Shown: positions 49,824-57,359 of the stretch, in pieces
How the letters are laid out: each line of letters begins with the position of its first letter
How positions within the stretch are numbered: position 1 is the first letter of the stretch
Origin: a bacterium
Lineage (GTDB): Bacteria; SAR324; XYD2-FULL-50-16
DNA: 57,359 bases
Direction of reading: 5' to 3'
Assembly: GCA_032250835.1 (NCBI GenBank)
Contig: JAVVEA010000003.1
Coordinates: 1 to 57,359, forward strand
Program-made: the position numbers and the translations under genes
Notes under the pieces: model-generated
Told to the model about the DNA's origin: nothing
What the model saw: the letters and a program-made list of their open reading frames with translations, nothing else
Databases searched by the model: none

Positions 49824-50465
49824 ATGAGACTTGTATTCTTTGGTGCGCCTGGTTCCGGCAAAGGGACCCAGTCCAAACGGATCTGTCAGGAATTATCGAT
49901 TCCTCAGCTCTCGACGGGCGATATGCTGCGCCAAGCAATCAAGGATGGTTCTGCTTTAGGTAAAGAGGCTAAAGGATATATGGACGGTGGGAACTTGGTT
50001 CCCGACCAACTGATTTTGGGTTTGATCGCCGAACGTATTGATCAACCCGATTGCAAACAGGGCTACATCTTAGATGGTTTCCCCCGCACCCTCCCCCAAG
50101 CCGAAGCGCTGGATGGGATGTTGAGCGAAAAAGGGCAGGCGATTGATAAGGTAGTCTATTTAGAAATTGACCCGGAATTGGTGGTGGCTCGTTTGGTGGG
50201 CCGCCGGGTTTGTTCGGCCTGTGGCGAGGAATTCCACGTCACGAACCGCAAGCCCAAAGCCGATGGAATTTGTGATCTTTGTGGCGCCCCGTTGATCCAG
50301 CGGCCTGATGACCAGGAAGAGCAAATTAGAGTCCGGTTGAACAGTTATAAACAGCAAACCGCCCCGGTGGCGGACCACTATCAGGCGCAAGGCGTACTGG
50401 CTCAGGTGGCCGCAGAAGGGGAAATCGGTGAGATTACCCATAGTATCCTCAAGAAATTACAATGA
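49824..50465 (+). CDS. adk: Adenylate kinase (Zn-lid type)
   Basis: GAPGSGKGT, STGDMLR, LDGFPR and lid motif CSAC...CDLC. Confidence 0.97.
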   Translation: MRLVFFGAPGSGKGTQSKRICQELSIPQLSTGDMLRQAIKDGSALGKEAKGYMDGGNLVPDQLILGLIAERIDQPDCKQGYILDGFPRTLPQAEALDGMLSEKGQAIDKVVYLEIDPELVVARLVGRRVCSACGEEFHVTNRKPKADGICDLCGAPLIQRPDDQEEQIRVRLNSYKQQTAPVADHYQAQGVLAQVAAEGEIGEITHSILKKLQ

Positions 50466-50478
50466 GGGCACAAAAGGG

Positions 50479-50507
50479 TTGTCAAAGTGTAAGGGAGTCG
50501 TTAAGGT
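50479..50507 (+). promoter_or_regulatory. Putative internal sigma70 promoter upstream of infA
   Basis: TTGTCA-17 nt-TAAGGT in the adk-infA gap. Confidence 0.45.
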
Positions 50508-50558
50508 TGAAAATTACTTTTTTAGGCTACTCCCAGTTCGAGGCAATAGGTAGGGACC

Positions 50559-50777
50559 TTGGCTAAAAGCGATCAGATCGAAATGGAAGGAAAGGTCCTA
50601 GAGGCCCTTCCAAACGCTATGTTTCGTGTGGAACTGGAAAATAAGCATGTGCTTTTGGCCCATATCTCCGGGAAGATGCGTATGAATTATATTCGCATTC
50701 TACCGGGCGACAAGGTGACCGTAGAAATTTCACCCTATGACCTGACCCGTGGTCGGATCGTATACCGGAATAAGTAG
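50559..50777 (+). CDS. infA: Translation initiation factor IF-1
   Basis: [15 protein letters not shown] and [10 protein letters not shown]. Confidence 0.98.
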   Translation: MAKSDQIEMEGKVLEALPNAMFRVELENKHVLLAHISGKMRMNYIRILPGDKVTVEISPYDLTRGRIVYRNK

Positions 50778-50780
50778 ATC

Positions 50781-50894
50781 ATGAAAGTTCGAGCATCCGT
50801 AAAACCCATCTGTGACAAGTGCAAGATGGTAAAAAGAAAGGGCATTCTCCGCGTTATCTGCGAGAACCCTAAGCACAAACAACGTCAAGGCTAA
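50781..50894 (+). CDS. rpmJ: 50S ribosomal protein L36 (37 aa, Zn-binding type)
   Basis: Hand-translated [37 protein letters not shown]; too short for the ORF track. Confidence 0.97.
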   Translation: MKVRASVKPICDKCKMVKRKGILRVICENPKHKQRQG

Positions 50895-50904
50895 GGTACT
50901 AAAC

Positions 50905-51270
50905 ATGGCGCGCATCGCAGGGATCGACCTTCCGGTCAATAAGCGTGTGGAAATTGGCCTGACCTATATCCACGGCATCGGCCGGTCCACATCTAATCAG
51001 ATTTTGGGCCAGGCTAAGGTAGACAAAAATACGCGGGTTAAGGACCTGAGCGACGAAGACGTCGCGGCTATCCGCACCATCATCCAAGGTTTGGTCGTCG
51101 AAGGCGATTTACGCCGCGAGGTCACCATGGCGGTAAAACGCCTGAAAGACCTAGGCTGTTATCGTGGCCTTCGCCACCGTGCCGGTCTACCGGCACGCGG
51201 CCAGCGGACCAAAACTAACGCTCGTACGCGCAAAGGACCCAAACGGATCCAAGTCGCCAACAAGAAGTAA
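50905..51270 (+). CDS. rpsM: 30S ribosomal protein S13
   Basis: [15 protein letters not shown] and [11 protein letters not shown]. Confidence 0.98.
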   Translation: MARIAGIDLPVNKRVEIGLTYIHGIGRSTSNQILGQAKVDKNTRVKDLSDEDVAAIRTIIQGLVVEGDLRREVTMAVKRLKDLGCYRGLRHRAGLPARGQRTKTNARTRKGPKRIQVANKK

Positions 51271-51276
51271 AGCACC

Positions 51277-51669
51277 ATGGCAAAAGCAGTAAAGCGTAAA
51301 GTCGCCAAAAAGGAAAAGAAAAACGTCGTCTCTGGCGTCGTTTACATCAGCGCGACTTTCAACAACACTATTGTCAGCGTCACTGACCCCTCGGGTAACG
51401 TGATCGCTTGGTCTTCTACCGGCCTGCACGGTTTTAAGGGCTCTCGCAAGAGTACCCCTTACGCTGCGCGTATGGTAGGAGAAGACGCCATCAAGAAGGC
51501 CATGGAAAACGGCATGAAGGCATGCAGCATCGTGGTCAAGGGCCCCGGCTCTGGCCGGGAATCGGCGCTGCGCGCCGTGGCAAACTCGGGTATCAAGGTC
51601 AACTATATCGAAGACGTGACCCCGGTGCCGCACAACGGCTGCCGCCCGCCGAAACGCAGAAGGATCTAA
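51277..51669 (+). CDS. rpsK: 30S ribosomal protein S11
   Basis: [14 protein letters not shown] and PHNGCRP. Confidence 0.98.
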   Translation: MAKAVKRKVAKKEKKNVVSGVVYISATFNNTIVSVTDPSGNVIAWSSTGLHGFKGSRKSTPYAARMVGEDAIKKAMENGMKACSIVVKGPGSGRESALRAVANSGIKVNYIEDVTPVPHNGCRPPKRRRI

Positions 51670-51689
51670 CGGAACTATAAAGGAGAATC

Positions 51690-52325
51690 GTGGCAAGGTA
51701 TCGTGACGCAGTCTGTAAGCTCTGTCGAAGGGAGCGGATCAAGCTCTTTTTGAAGGGCGACCGTTGCTATTCGGACAAGTGCGCCGTCGAGAAGAAACCC
51801 TACGCTCCGGGCCAGCATGGCCCGACGGCACGACGGGCTAAGCACTCCGAATTCGGCATCCAACTGCGTGAAAAGCAGAAGGTCAAACGCTTGTACGGCC
51901 TCTTGGAAAAGCAGTTCCGCCTGACCTATTCCAAAGCCGAAGGCCGCAAAGGCAAAACCGGTGAGGTCTTGTTGATCATGCTGGAGCAACGCTTAGATAA
52001 TTCGGTTTACCGGATGGGCTTTGCCCGTAGTCTGGCTGAGGCTCGCCAGTTGGTTAAGCACAACCACGTGTTGGTCAACGGGCGCAAATGCAACATCCCG
52101 TCGGCGCAAGTCAAGAAAAACGACGTGCTGTCTATCCGCGAAAAGAGCCGCGCCATTGCTTCGATTAAAGAAGCTGGCGAAGCAGCCCAACGTAAAGGCT
52201 TAGTGCCTGGTTGGTTGGCTGTAGACCACAACGCCTTTGAAGGCAAAGTTGTCGATGCCCCCACCCGCGAGCAGATTGTCGTGCCCATTCAAGAACAGCT
52301 TATCGTCGAGCTTTATTCCCGGTAG
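51690..52325 (+). CDS. rpsD: 30S ribosomal protein S4
   Basis: [22 protein letters not shown] and IVELYSR. Confidence 0.98.
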   Translation: MARYRDAVCKLCRRERIKLFLKGDRCYSDKCAVEKKPYAPGQHGPTARRAKHSEFGIQLREKQKVKRLYGLLEKQFRLTYSKAEGRKGKTGEVLLIMLEQRLDNSVYRMGFARSLAEARQLVKHNHVLVNGRKCNIPSAQVKKNDVLSIREKSRAIASIKEAGEAAQRKGLVPGWLAVDHNAFEGKVVDAPTREQIVVPIQEQLIVELYSR

Positions 52326-52330
52326 GACCT

Positions 52331-53353
52331 GTGGAAGAGAACCAAAGCGAAGTACAGTTCCAAAAAAATTGGGAAGGCCTGGAAATGCCCAGGGGCCTTG
52401 CCGTGGAACGCCAAGAAGGCAACGAATTCTACGGGAAATATTCCCTGGAGCCCATGCACAAGGGCTTCGGCGTGACCATTGGTCATGCGATGCGCCGCTG
52501 CCTTTTGAGCAGCCTGCGAGGCTCCGCCGTTTACGGTGTGAAGATCGAAGGGGTGTCCCACGAATTCGAAACCATCAAGGGCATCCAAGAGGACGTGCTC
52601 CAGATCGTGCTCAACCTCAAGCAGCTTAATTTGAAGCAGTTGGTTGAAGAGGACGTTTCCCTGGAATTGATCGCCGAGGGACCTAAAACGGTAACTGCGG
52701 GCGATATCTCGACCTTGAGCAAATGCGAGGTGATGAACCCCGATCAGGTGATTTGTAACCTGGACAAGGGTGCCACCTTGGAAATGACTCTTTACACCCG
52801 CTTGAGTCGTGGGTTTGTTTCGGCTGAAGAAAACCATGACGGCGATCTGCCCATTGGGACCATCTTCTTGGATTCGAACCACTCGCCGATCGATCGGGTG
52901 AATTACGAAGTGACCAACACCCGTGTTGGCCAGAAAACCGACTATGACAAGTTGATCTTCGAGCTTTGGACCAACGGCGGGGTACACCCCGATGACGCGA
53001 TGGCCTACGGAGCGAAGATTCTCAAGGAATACTTCAACCCCTTCATTAACTTCGACGAAGAGGCCATCCAGCCCGTTGAAGAAGTGACTATTGAAGAAGA
53101 GAAGCCCTTCGAGAACCCCCATCTGTACCGTTCAGTGAACGAGTTGGAGCTTTCGGTCCGCTCAATCAACTGCCTGCAGAACGCCAAGATTGAGACCATC
53201 GGCGATTTGGTCCAAAAGACCGAAGCGGAGATGCTAAAAACCAAGAACTTCGGGCGCAAGTCGCTGCAGGAGATCAAGACGGTTTTGGCTTCGATGGGCC
53301 TGACGCTGGGCATGAAGCTGGAAAATTACGAAAAACCTAAGGTTGAAGCCTAA
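52331..53353 (+). CDS. rpoA: RNA polymerase alpha subunit
   Basis: [33 protein letters not shown] and NFGRKSL. Confidence 0.98.
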   Translation: MEENQSEVQFQKNWEGLEMPRGLAVERQEGNEFYGKYSLEPMHKGFGVTIGHAMRRCLLSSLRGSAVYGVKIEGVSHEFETIKGIQEDVLQIVLNLKQLNLKQLVEEDVSLELIAEGPKTVTAGDISTLSKCEVMNPDQVICNLDKGATLEMTLYTRLSRGFVSAEENHDGDLPIGTIFLDSNHSPIDRVNYEVTNTRVGQKTDYDKLIFELWTNGGVHPDDAMAYGAKILKEYFNPFINFDEEAIQPVEEVTIEEEKPFENPHLYRSVNELELSVRSINCLQNAKIETIGDLVQKTEAEMLKTKNFGRKSLQEIKTVLASMGLTLGMKLENYEKPKVEA

Positions 53354-53367
53354 ACCCGCGTAATACC

Positions 53368-53940
53368 ATGAGACACCTAAAAGCAGGAAAGCGGCTTGGC
53401 ATCAGCACGAGCCACCGTAAGGCGATGATGCGCAACCTCGTCACCTCCCTTTTGGAGCACGGGGAAATCCGCACTACCATCACTCGGGCTAAAGAGATGC
53501 GCCGTTTGACCGATAAAATGATCGGTTTAGCTAAGCGTAACTTAGCCACAGAAGGCGGCGACCTGCACGCAAAGCGTCAGGCCATGTCTTTCTTAAAGAC
53601 CAAAGACGCCTACAAGCGTCTTTTTGAAGAATACGGTAGCGTTTTCGCTGACCGCAACGGTGGTTACACCCGCATCTACAAATTGGGTACTCGTTTGGGC
53701 GACAACGCCGAAATGGCCCTGATCCAGTTGATCGGTGTGAACAGCGAAGAAGTAGTCAAGGCAGCCCCGAAAAGCGAAGCCATCAAAGAGGTTCAGGCCG
53801 ATTTGAAGAGCGAGAAAAAGGTAGCCAAGGCCGCTAAAGAAAGCACCAAGAAAGAAACGGTAGCCGCAGAAGAAGTTGAGGCTCCCGCAGCTGACACTTC
53901 GGCTGAAGAAGCTTCAGAGGAAAAGACCAAAGGCGAGTGA
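53368..53940 (+). CDS. rplQ: 50S ribosomal protein L17 with a long C-terminal tail
   Basis: MRHLK, HRKAMMRN and RNGGYTRI; Ala/Glu/Lys-rich extension. Confidence 0.97.
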   Translation: MRHLKAGKRLGISTSHRKAMMRNLVTSLLEHGEIRTTITRAKEMRRLTDKMIGLAKRNLATEGGDLHAKRQAMSFLKTKDAYKRLFEEYGSVFADRNGGYTRIYKLGTRLGDNAEMALIQLIGVNSEEVVKAAPKSEAIKEVQADLKSEKKVAKAAKESTKKETVAAEEVEAPAADTSAEEASEEKTKGE

Positions 53941-53960
53941 TCCTCACCTTGTTTAAATAG

Positions 53961-53990
53961 AAAAAGCCCGCCTTTGGCGGGCTTTTTTTT
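53961..53990 (+). terminator. Bidirectional intrinsic terminator of the alpha operon
   Basis: AAAAAGCCCGCC-TTT-GGCGGGCTTTTTTTTT. Confidence 0.92.
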
Positions 53991-53993
53991 TGC

Positions 53994-54635
53994 CTAAAGG
54001 TTGCGCAGTCCGGTGCCTCGTCGTCCTTTGCCCTTTAGTCGGTGGGCCTTTTCGGCGAATTGCAGGATCAAGGCCGAGGCCAATTCAAAGCGATGTGGTA
54101 GGTCCTGGTCGATCAACGCTTGGACCAGGTCTCGAAAGGGGGGCCAATCTGTGATTTGCTCGAAGGCTTCGATCCTGGGGATTTCGACCCATTCTTGCTG
54201 CGCGACTTGGCGCAAAGCTTCTGCTTGCCGGAACAACCAGTCAGGGTCCAATTCACTACGCCTCAGTAATTGACGTAAAAAGTGAGTCAGGTAGTATCGA
54301 AGGGCCGGGGCATGCGGTAGAAGTTGCTCTTCACGCAAGATCTGCTGCTTGCGACCTGGCCAAAACTTGGGCTCAGGAAGTTGCTGGTTGCGCTTCATGA
54401 AACCGCTAGTGCCGGTCAAGCGCAAGCGTTGGTAGGCCTTTTCGGTGAAGAGTAGCGACTTTGGTCCTATATTTTCATAGACTACTAAGGGCGGTAATCC
54501 GCGCAGCACAAAGGCGCTAGACGACTCGACCGGACGCCCGTAGCGGCCCTGCTCACGGTAAACTTGAATCTCCTTGCCGGCAGTTGCCCGATGGTTCAAG
54601 AGTTTTATGGACCTATTGGTTTGATCTAACGACAT
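53994..54635 (-). CDS. Hypothetical protein (start uncertain)
   Basis: Long ORF filling the gap between the terminator and slt, ending next to the bidirectional terminator; no motif recognised. Confidence 0.55.
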   Translation of the reverse strand: MSLDQTNRSIKLLNHRATAGKEIQVYREQGRYGRPVESSSAFVLRGLPPLVVYENIGPKSLLFTEKAYQRLRLTGTSGFMKRNQQLPEPKFWPGRKQQILREEQLLPHAPALRYYLTHFLRQLLRRSELDPDWLFRQAEALRQVAQQEWVEIPRIEAFEQITDWPPFRDLVQALIDQDLPHRFELASALILQFAEKAHRLKGKGRRGTGLRNL

Positions 54636-56712
54636 GGCTCGATTCCTGGCCCTTTTATTTTTGTTTTTATGTGGTTGGCCCGGCGGAGCTTTTGCCTCCA
54701 TCGAATTGCAGCTGGAGCAATACCGATCCCGCCATTATGAGTCCTTAACTGCCGAGTTGAGGCTCAACTCCCGCAATCCCTCCGAATTGCTGTTGCTCTA
54801 CAAAGCACAGCTTAAGCTAAACCAAAAAGAAGAGGCCCACAAGACGCTACGCCAAATGAACGACCTCTTTGAGGGGCCCTTAAGGCAGGTCGTGCTTTAT
54901 GAGCGGATGGATTTCTATGAAGAAAGTGGCAATCTCGAAGCTTTGCTTGATTTGGCCGCTCACTTCCCTCGGGACATCAACAATGACTTTCTTGAGGCTC
55001 GGCTCGCGTCTCACCTTTCAGACCTGCTGGCCAAAAATCGGGCACCGGGATTGCGCGAAAAGCTGGATAAAATTTTTGATCGATTTGAATCCATGCGGGC
55101 CGACAGCGACCTACTGCAACGCTATTTAGAAACCCTGCCCGAGGCGGATCCGAAAGTTAACTGGGCATTGGAGCAAATCTTTCGAGAGGCGGACGTCGAC
55201 AAATTGCCCGAGACGGTTCAACGCCAGTTTGGGTTCATTAAAGGGGCGATGATCCGCTATAAGGATAGCATTCTAGCGCATTTCAAGACCCAATACAAAA
55301 AACGAAACTTTAGCTACCTCCGCAATAACCTCCCGCTTTACCTTAAATACTACCGCGAAGGTGACCAGGAGGTTTTTAACGAACTGCGCCGACTCTACTG
55401 GCGTACCTTTTTCTCGGGGCGTGCCTATACCCGGGCGATCCAGATGCTGAGCGACAAGGCGCAGGTTGAAGAATTCGCTTTTAGCGAAGGCGAGCGCTTG
55501 GGGTTGTTGGCTCGTTTTTGGTTAGCTAAGGACCGCCTGGAAGAGGCTAAAGAAGTATTAGTCCAGCTTGACCAAGGGGGGTTCGTTAAAGAAGCTAATG
55601 AGGGCTATTTTGGGCTTGGCGAGCGCTATTTTTATCGCGGCCAATGGCTTGATGCCTTTGAGGCCCTGCGACGGGTCGATGCCAGCGATTTTGAAGAAGA
55701 AGACCTGATCTCTCTACAGTGGAAGCTTTTTTTGATCAACCACCGGGTCGGCCATCTGGTCAACCTGCAACGCATCGCCGATTGGGCGGCTGAATATCCT
55801 TTCAGCGAAGACACTGCGGCGGCGCGCTTCTGCTATTGGGGGTACAAGCTGGGTTTGTACCGTAAAGGAACCTACCTGAACTGTTACCAGCGCTATCCGA
55901 CCAGTTTTTACGGCCTTAAGTCTAAAGTGGTCAGCCAGCCCTATGGGGCCTTCTCGGGTTCCGGGCCGGACCTAGAGTTCCGTTTTAAACGACGGCCCTT
56001 GACCGTCGCGGAGCAATCTTATTTTGATCTTCTTTTAACGCTCTATGGGCTCGACGAAAATCGCTTAGGTGACAGTTTGGTGCTTGCCGAGGAGCGGGAC
56101 CTCAAAGACCTAACTTATTTTGATTCTCTACGCAGTACTTTGTCTCAAGCGGAAAGGTTTTACACCTTTTACCTGTTGGTTCAGCGGCATTACGACGAGC
56201 TTTTGGGCGACAATTATTACGGCACCCATTACATCATGCCTTTACTTTACCCCTTGGCTTTTCAAGAACAAGTGGAGCGTAACGCCGAGAACGCGAAGGT
56301 TAGTAAGCAGTTGGTCTATGCGGTGATGCGCGAAGAGAGCCGGTACCGGGCCTACGTCAAGTCGGGGGCGGGGGCCATCGGCCTGATGCAGTTGATGCCG
56401 CGCACGGCGCGTTATGTGGGGCGGCGGCACAAGCTGCGGGTAGAAAGCCATAACCTGATTGATCCGGACTTGAACCTGAAACTGGGCTCCACTTACTTGA
56501 ATATGTTGTCTACCCGCTTCGATGGGAACTTATATTATACTTTGGCGGCCTATAACGGTGGGGCGACCAACGTCAAACGTTGGGTTAAAAAGGTCAGCAG
56601 TGACGACATGGACTACTTTGTGGAATTGATCACCTTCAGTGAGACCAAAAACTACGTCAAACGGGTGCTCAAGTCATATTACCTCTACCAGAGCATCTAT
56701 GGCCCGCGCTAG
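54634..56712 (+). CDS. slt: Soluble lytic murein transglycosylase (Slt70-like, helical N-region)
   Basis: Signal peptide; REES, GLMQLMP, AAYNGG and ETKNYVKRV. Confidence 0.88.
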   Translation: MARFLALLFLFLCGWPGGAFASIELQLEQYRSRHYESLTAELRLNSRNPSELLLLYKAQLKLNQKEEAHKTLRQMNDLFEGPLRQVVLYERMDFYEESGNLEALLDLAAHFPRDINNDFLEARLASHLSDLLAKNRAPGLREKLDKIFDRFESMRADSDLLQRYLETLPEADPKVNWALEQIFREADVDKLPETVQRQFGFIKGAMIRYKDSILAHFKTQYKKRNFSYLRNNLPLYLKYYREGDQEVFNELRRLYWRTFFSGRAYTRAIQMLSDKAQVEEFAFSEGERLGLLARFWLAKDRLEEAKEVLVQLDQGGFVKEANEGYFGLGERYFYRGQWLDAFEALRRVDASDFEEEDLISLQWKLFLINHRVGHLVNLQRIADWAAEYPFSEDTAAARFCYWGYKLGLYRKGTYLNCYQRYPTSFYGLKSKVVSQPYGAFSGSGPDLEFRFKRRPLTVAEQSYFDLLLTLYGLDENRLGDSLVLAEERDLKDLTYFDSLRSTLSQAERFYTFYLLVQRHYDELLGDNYYGTHYIMPLLYPLAFQEQVERNAENAKVSKQLVYAVMREESRYRAYVKSGAGAIGLMQLMPRTARYVGRRHKLRVESHNLIDPDLNLKLGSTYLNMLSTRFDGNLYYTLAAYNGGATNVKRWVKKVSSDDMDYFVELITFSETKNYVKRVLKSYYLYQSIYGPR

Positions 56713-57271
56713 TTTACTGTTGCTGGTTTGGCTGTTGGCTGCCTGTTCTGCAGCCCCCTTCAAACCAGCCACTCCGGCCCAACTCGAGGGACTACATGCT
56801 CTGGATGTCACCGAGATTCCCTTTGATTTGCTCATCCGTTGTCGTTTGCAGCTTAAGGGACCAGAACAGACCCATTCGGGGGACTGTCGGCTTTGGGTAG
56901 GAGACCAGCAGGTAAGGTTCGAGGCCAGTCACCCACTCACCGGTTTATTGCTTTCGGTAGACGCAGGCCCCCGCCGGGTGGTGGTTTTTGATGGCCAAAG
57001 CGGAAGCCGCCGTGAGGTGGACCGCAGCCAACTGGATTATCCGCTTTTGGGCATGGAACCGGGGGTCTTAAAGGCTTTATTGCTGGGGCGCCAAATCGGG
57101 GCTCAGGAGCGGCCCCAAAGCTTCCGCTGGGAAGGGGACGGGATGCCCTTGGTGGGCGAGTATAAATATTGGACCTACAGCCAAGGCGTCGCCCACCCAA
57201 AGGTGATTGAAGCTCGGCAGGGGGATTACCGGATCAAATTGGTCTTGTTGGATTTACAGTTGGGGCGCTAA
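56699..57271 (+). CDS. Lipoprotein, possibly LolB/DUF4292-like
   Basis: Start MARASLLLLVWLLAAC contains a lipobox; beta-rich body; overlaps the slt stop. Confidence 0.65.
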   Translation: MARASLLLLVWLLAACSAAPFKPATPAQLEGLHALDVTEIPFDLLIRCRLQLKGPEQTHSGDCRLWVGDQQVRFEASHPLTGLLLSVDAGPRRVVVFDGQSGSRREVDRSQLDYPLLGMEPGVLKALLLGRQIGAQERPQSFRWEGDGMPLVGEYKYWTYSQGVAHPKVIEARQGDYRIKLVLLDLQLGR

Positions 57272-57359
57272 GGAGCTTCGAGCGAAGCGAGGGCGACGTG
57301 CGTAGCGACGCGAGCCGGCGAGCGTTGCCCACATAAAACCATCGGCGCAGCCGATTCCC

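Noticed and set aside
50466-50558. Absence of map between adk and infA
   Set aside because: map is variably present at this position across bacteria, so its absence is unremarkable.
52313-53122. 269-aa antisense ORF opposite rpoA
   Set aside because: Shadow ORF of a conserved gene.

Overview
Core-chromosome window from a moderately GC-rich Gram-negative bacterium; a deltaproteobacteria-like or SAR324-like lineage is a low-confidence inference from the EF-G, Frd and ribosomal-protein types. It opens with the end of an rRNA operon (23S 3' end, 5S), a degenerate repeat region built from 5S and terminator pieces, and three unannotated small membrane-peptide ORFs. Next come a Zn/Mn ABC transporter with a GNAT gene inserted, an adenylate cyclase, two sensor kinases, uvrB, purH, pepP, an orphan yejE-like permease unit, a split biotin cluster (bioB ... 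bioF-bioH-like-bioC-bioD-bioA), an FN3/DUF1554-like lipoprotein and a Wolinella-type frdCAB-ubiA-SSADH operon. The last part is the str-S10-spc-alpha ribosomal supercluster followed by slt and a lipoprotein gene. The most notable observations are: rplC (L3) is missing from the S10 operon; the str-operon EF-G has lost the domain IV translocation loops; a zinc ribbon is fused to half of a LysR effector domain; FrdC lacks the E-pathway glutamate; and an Fst/Ldr-like micropeptide lies next to the 5S-derived repeats. No CRISPR array, tRNA or transposase was seen. All family calls come from motif recognition by eye, not from database searches.
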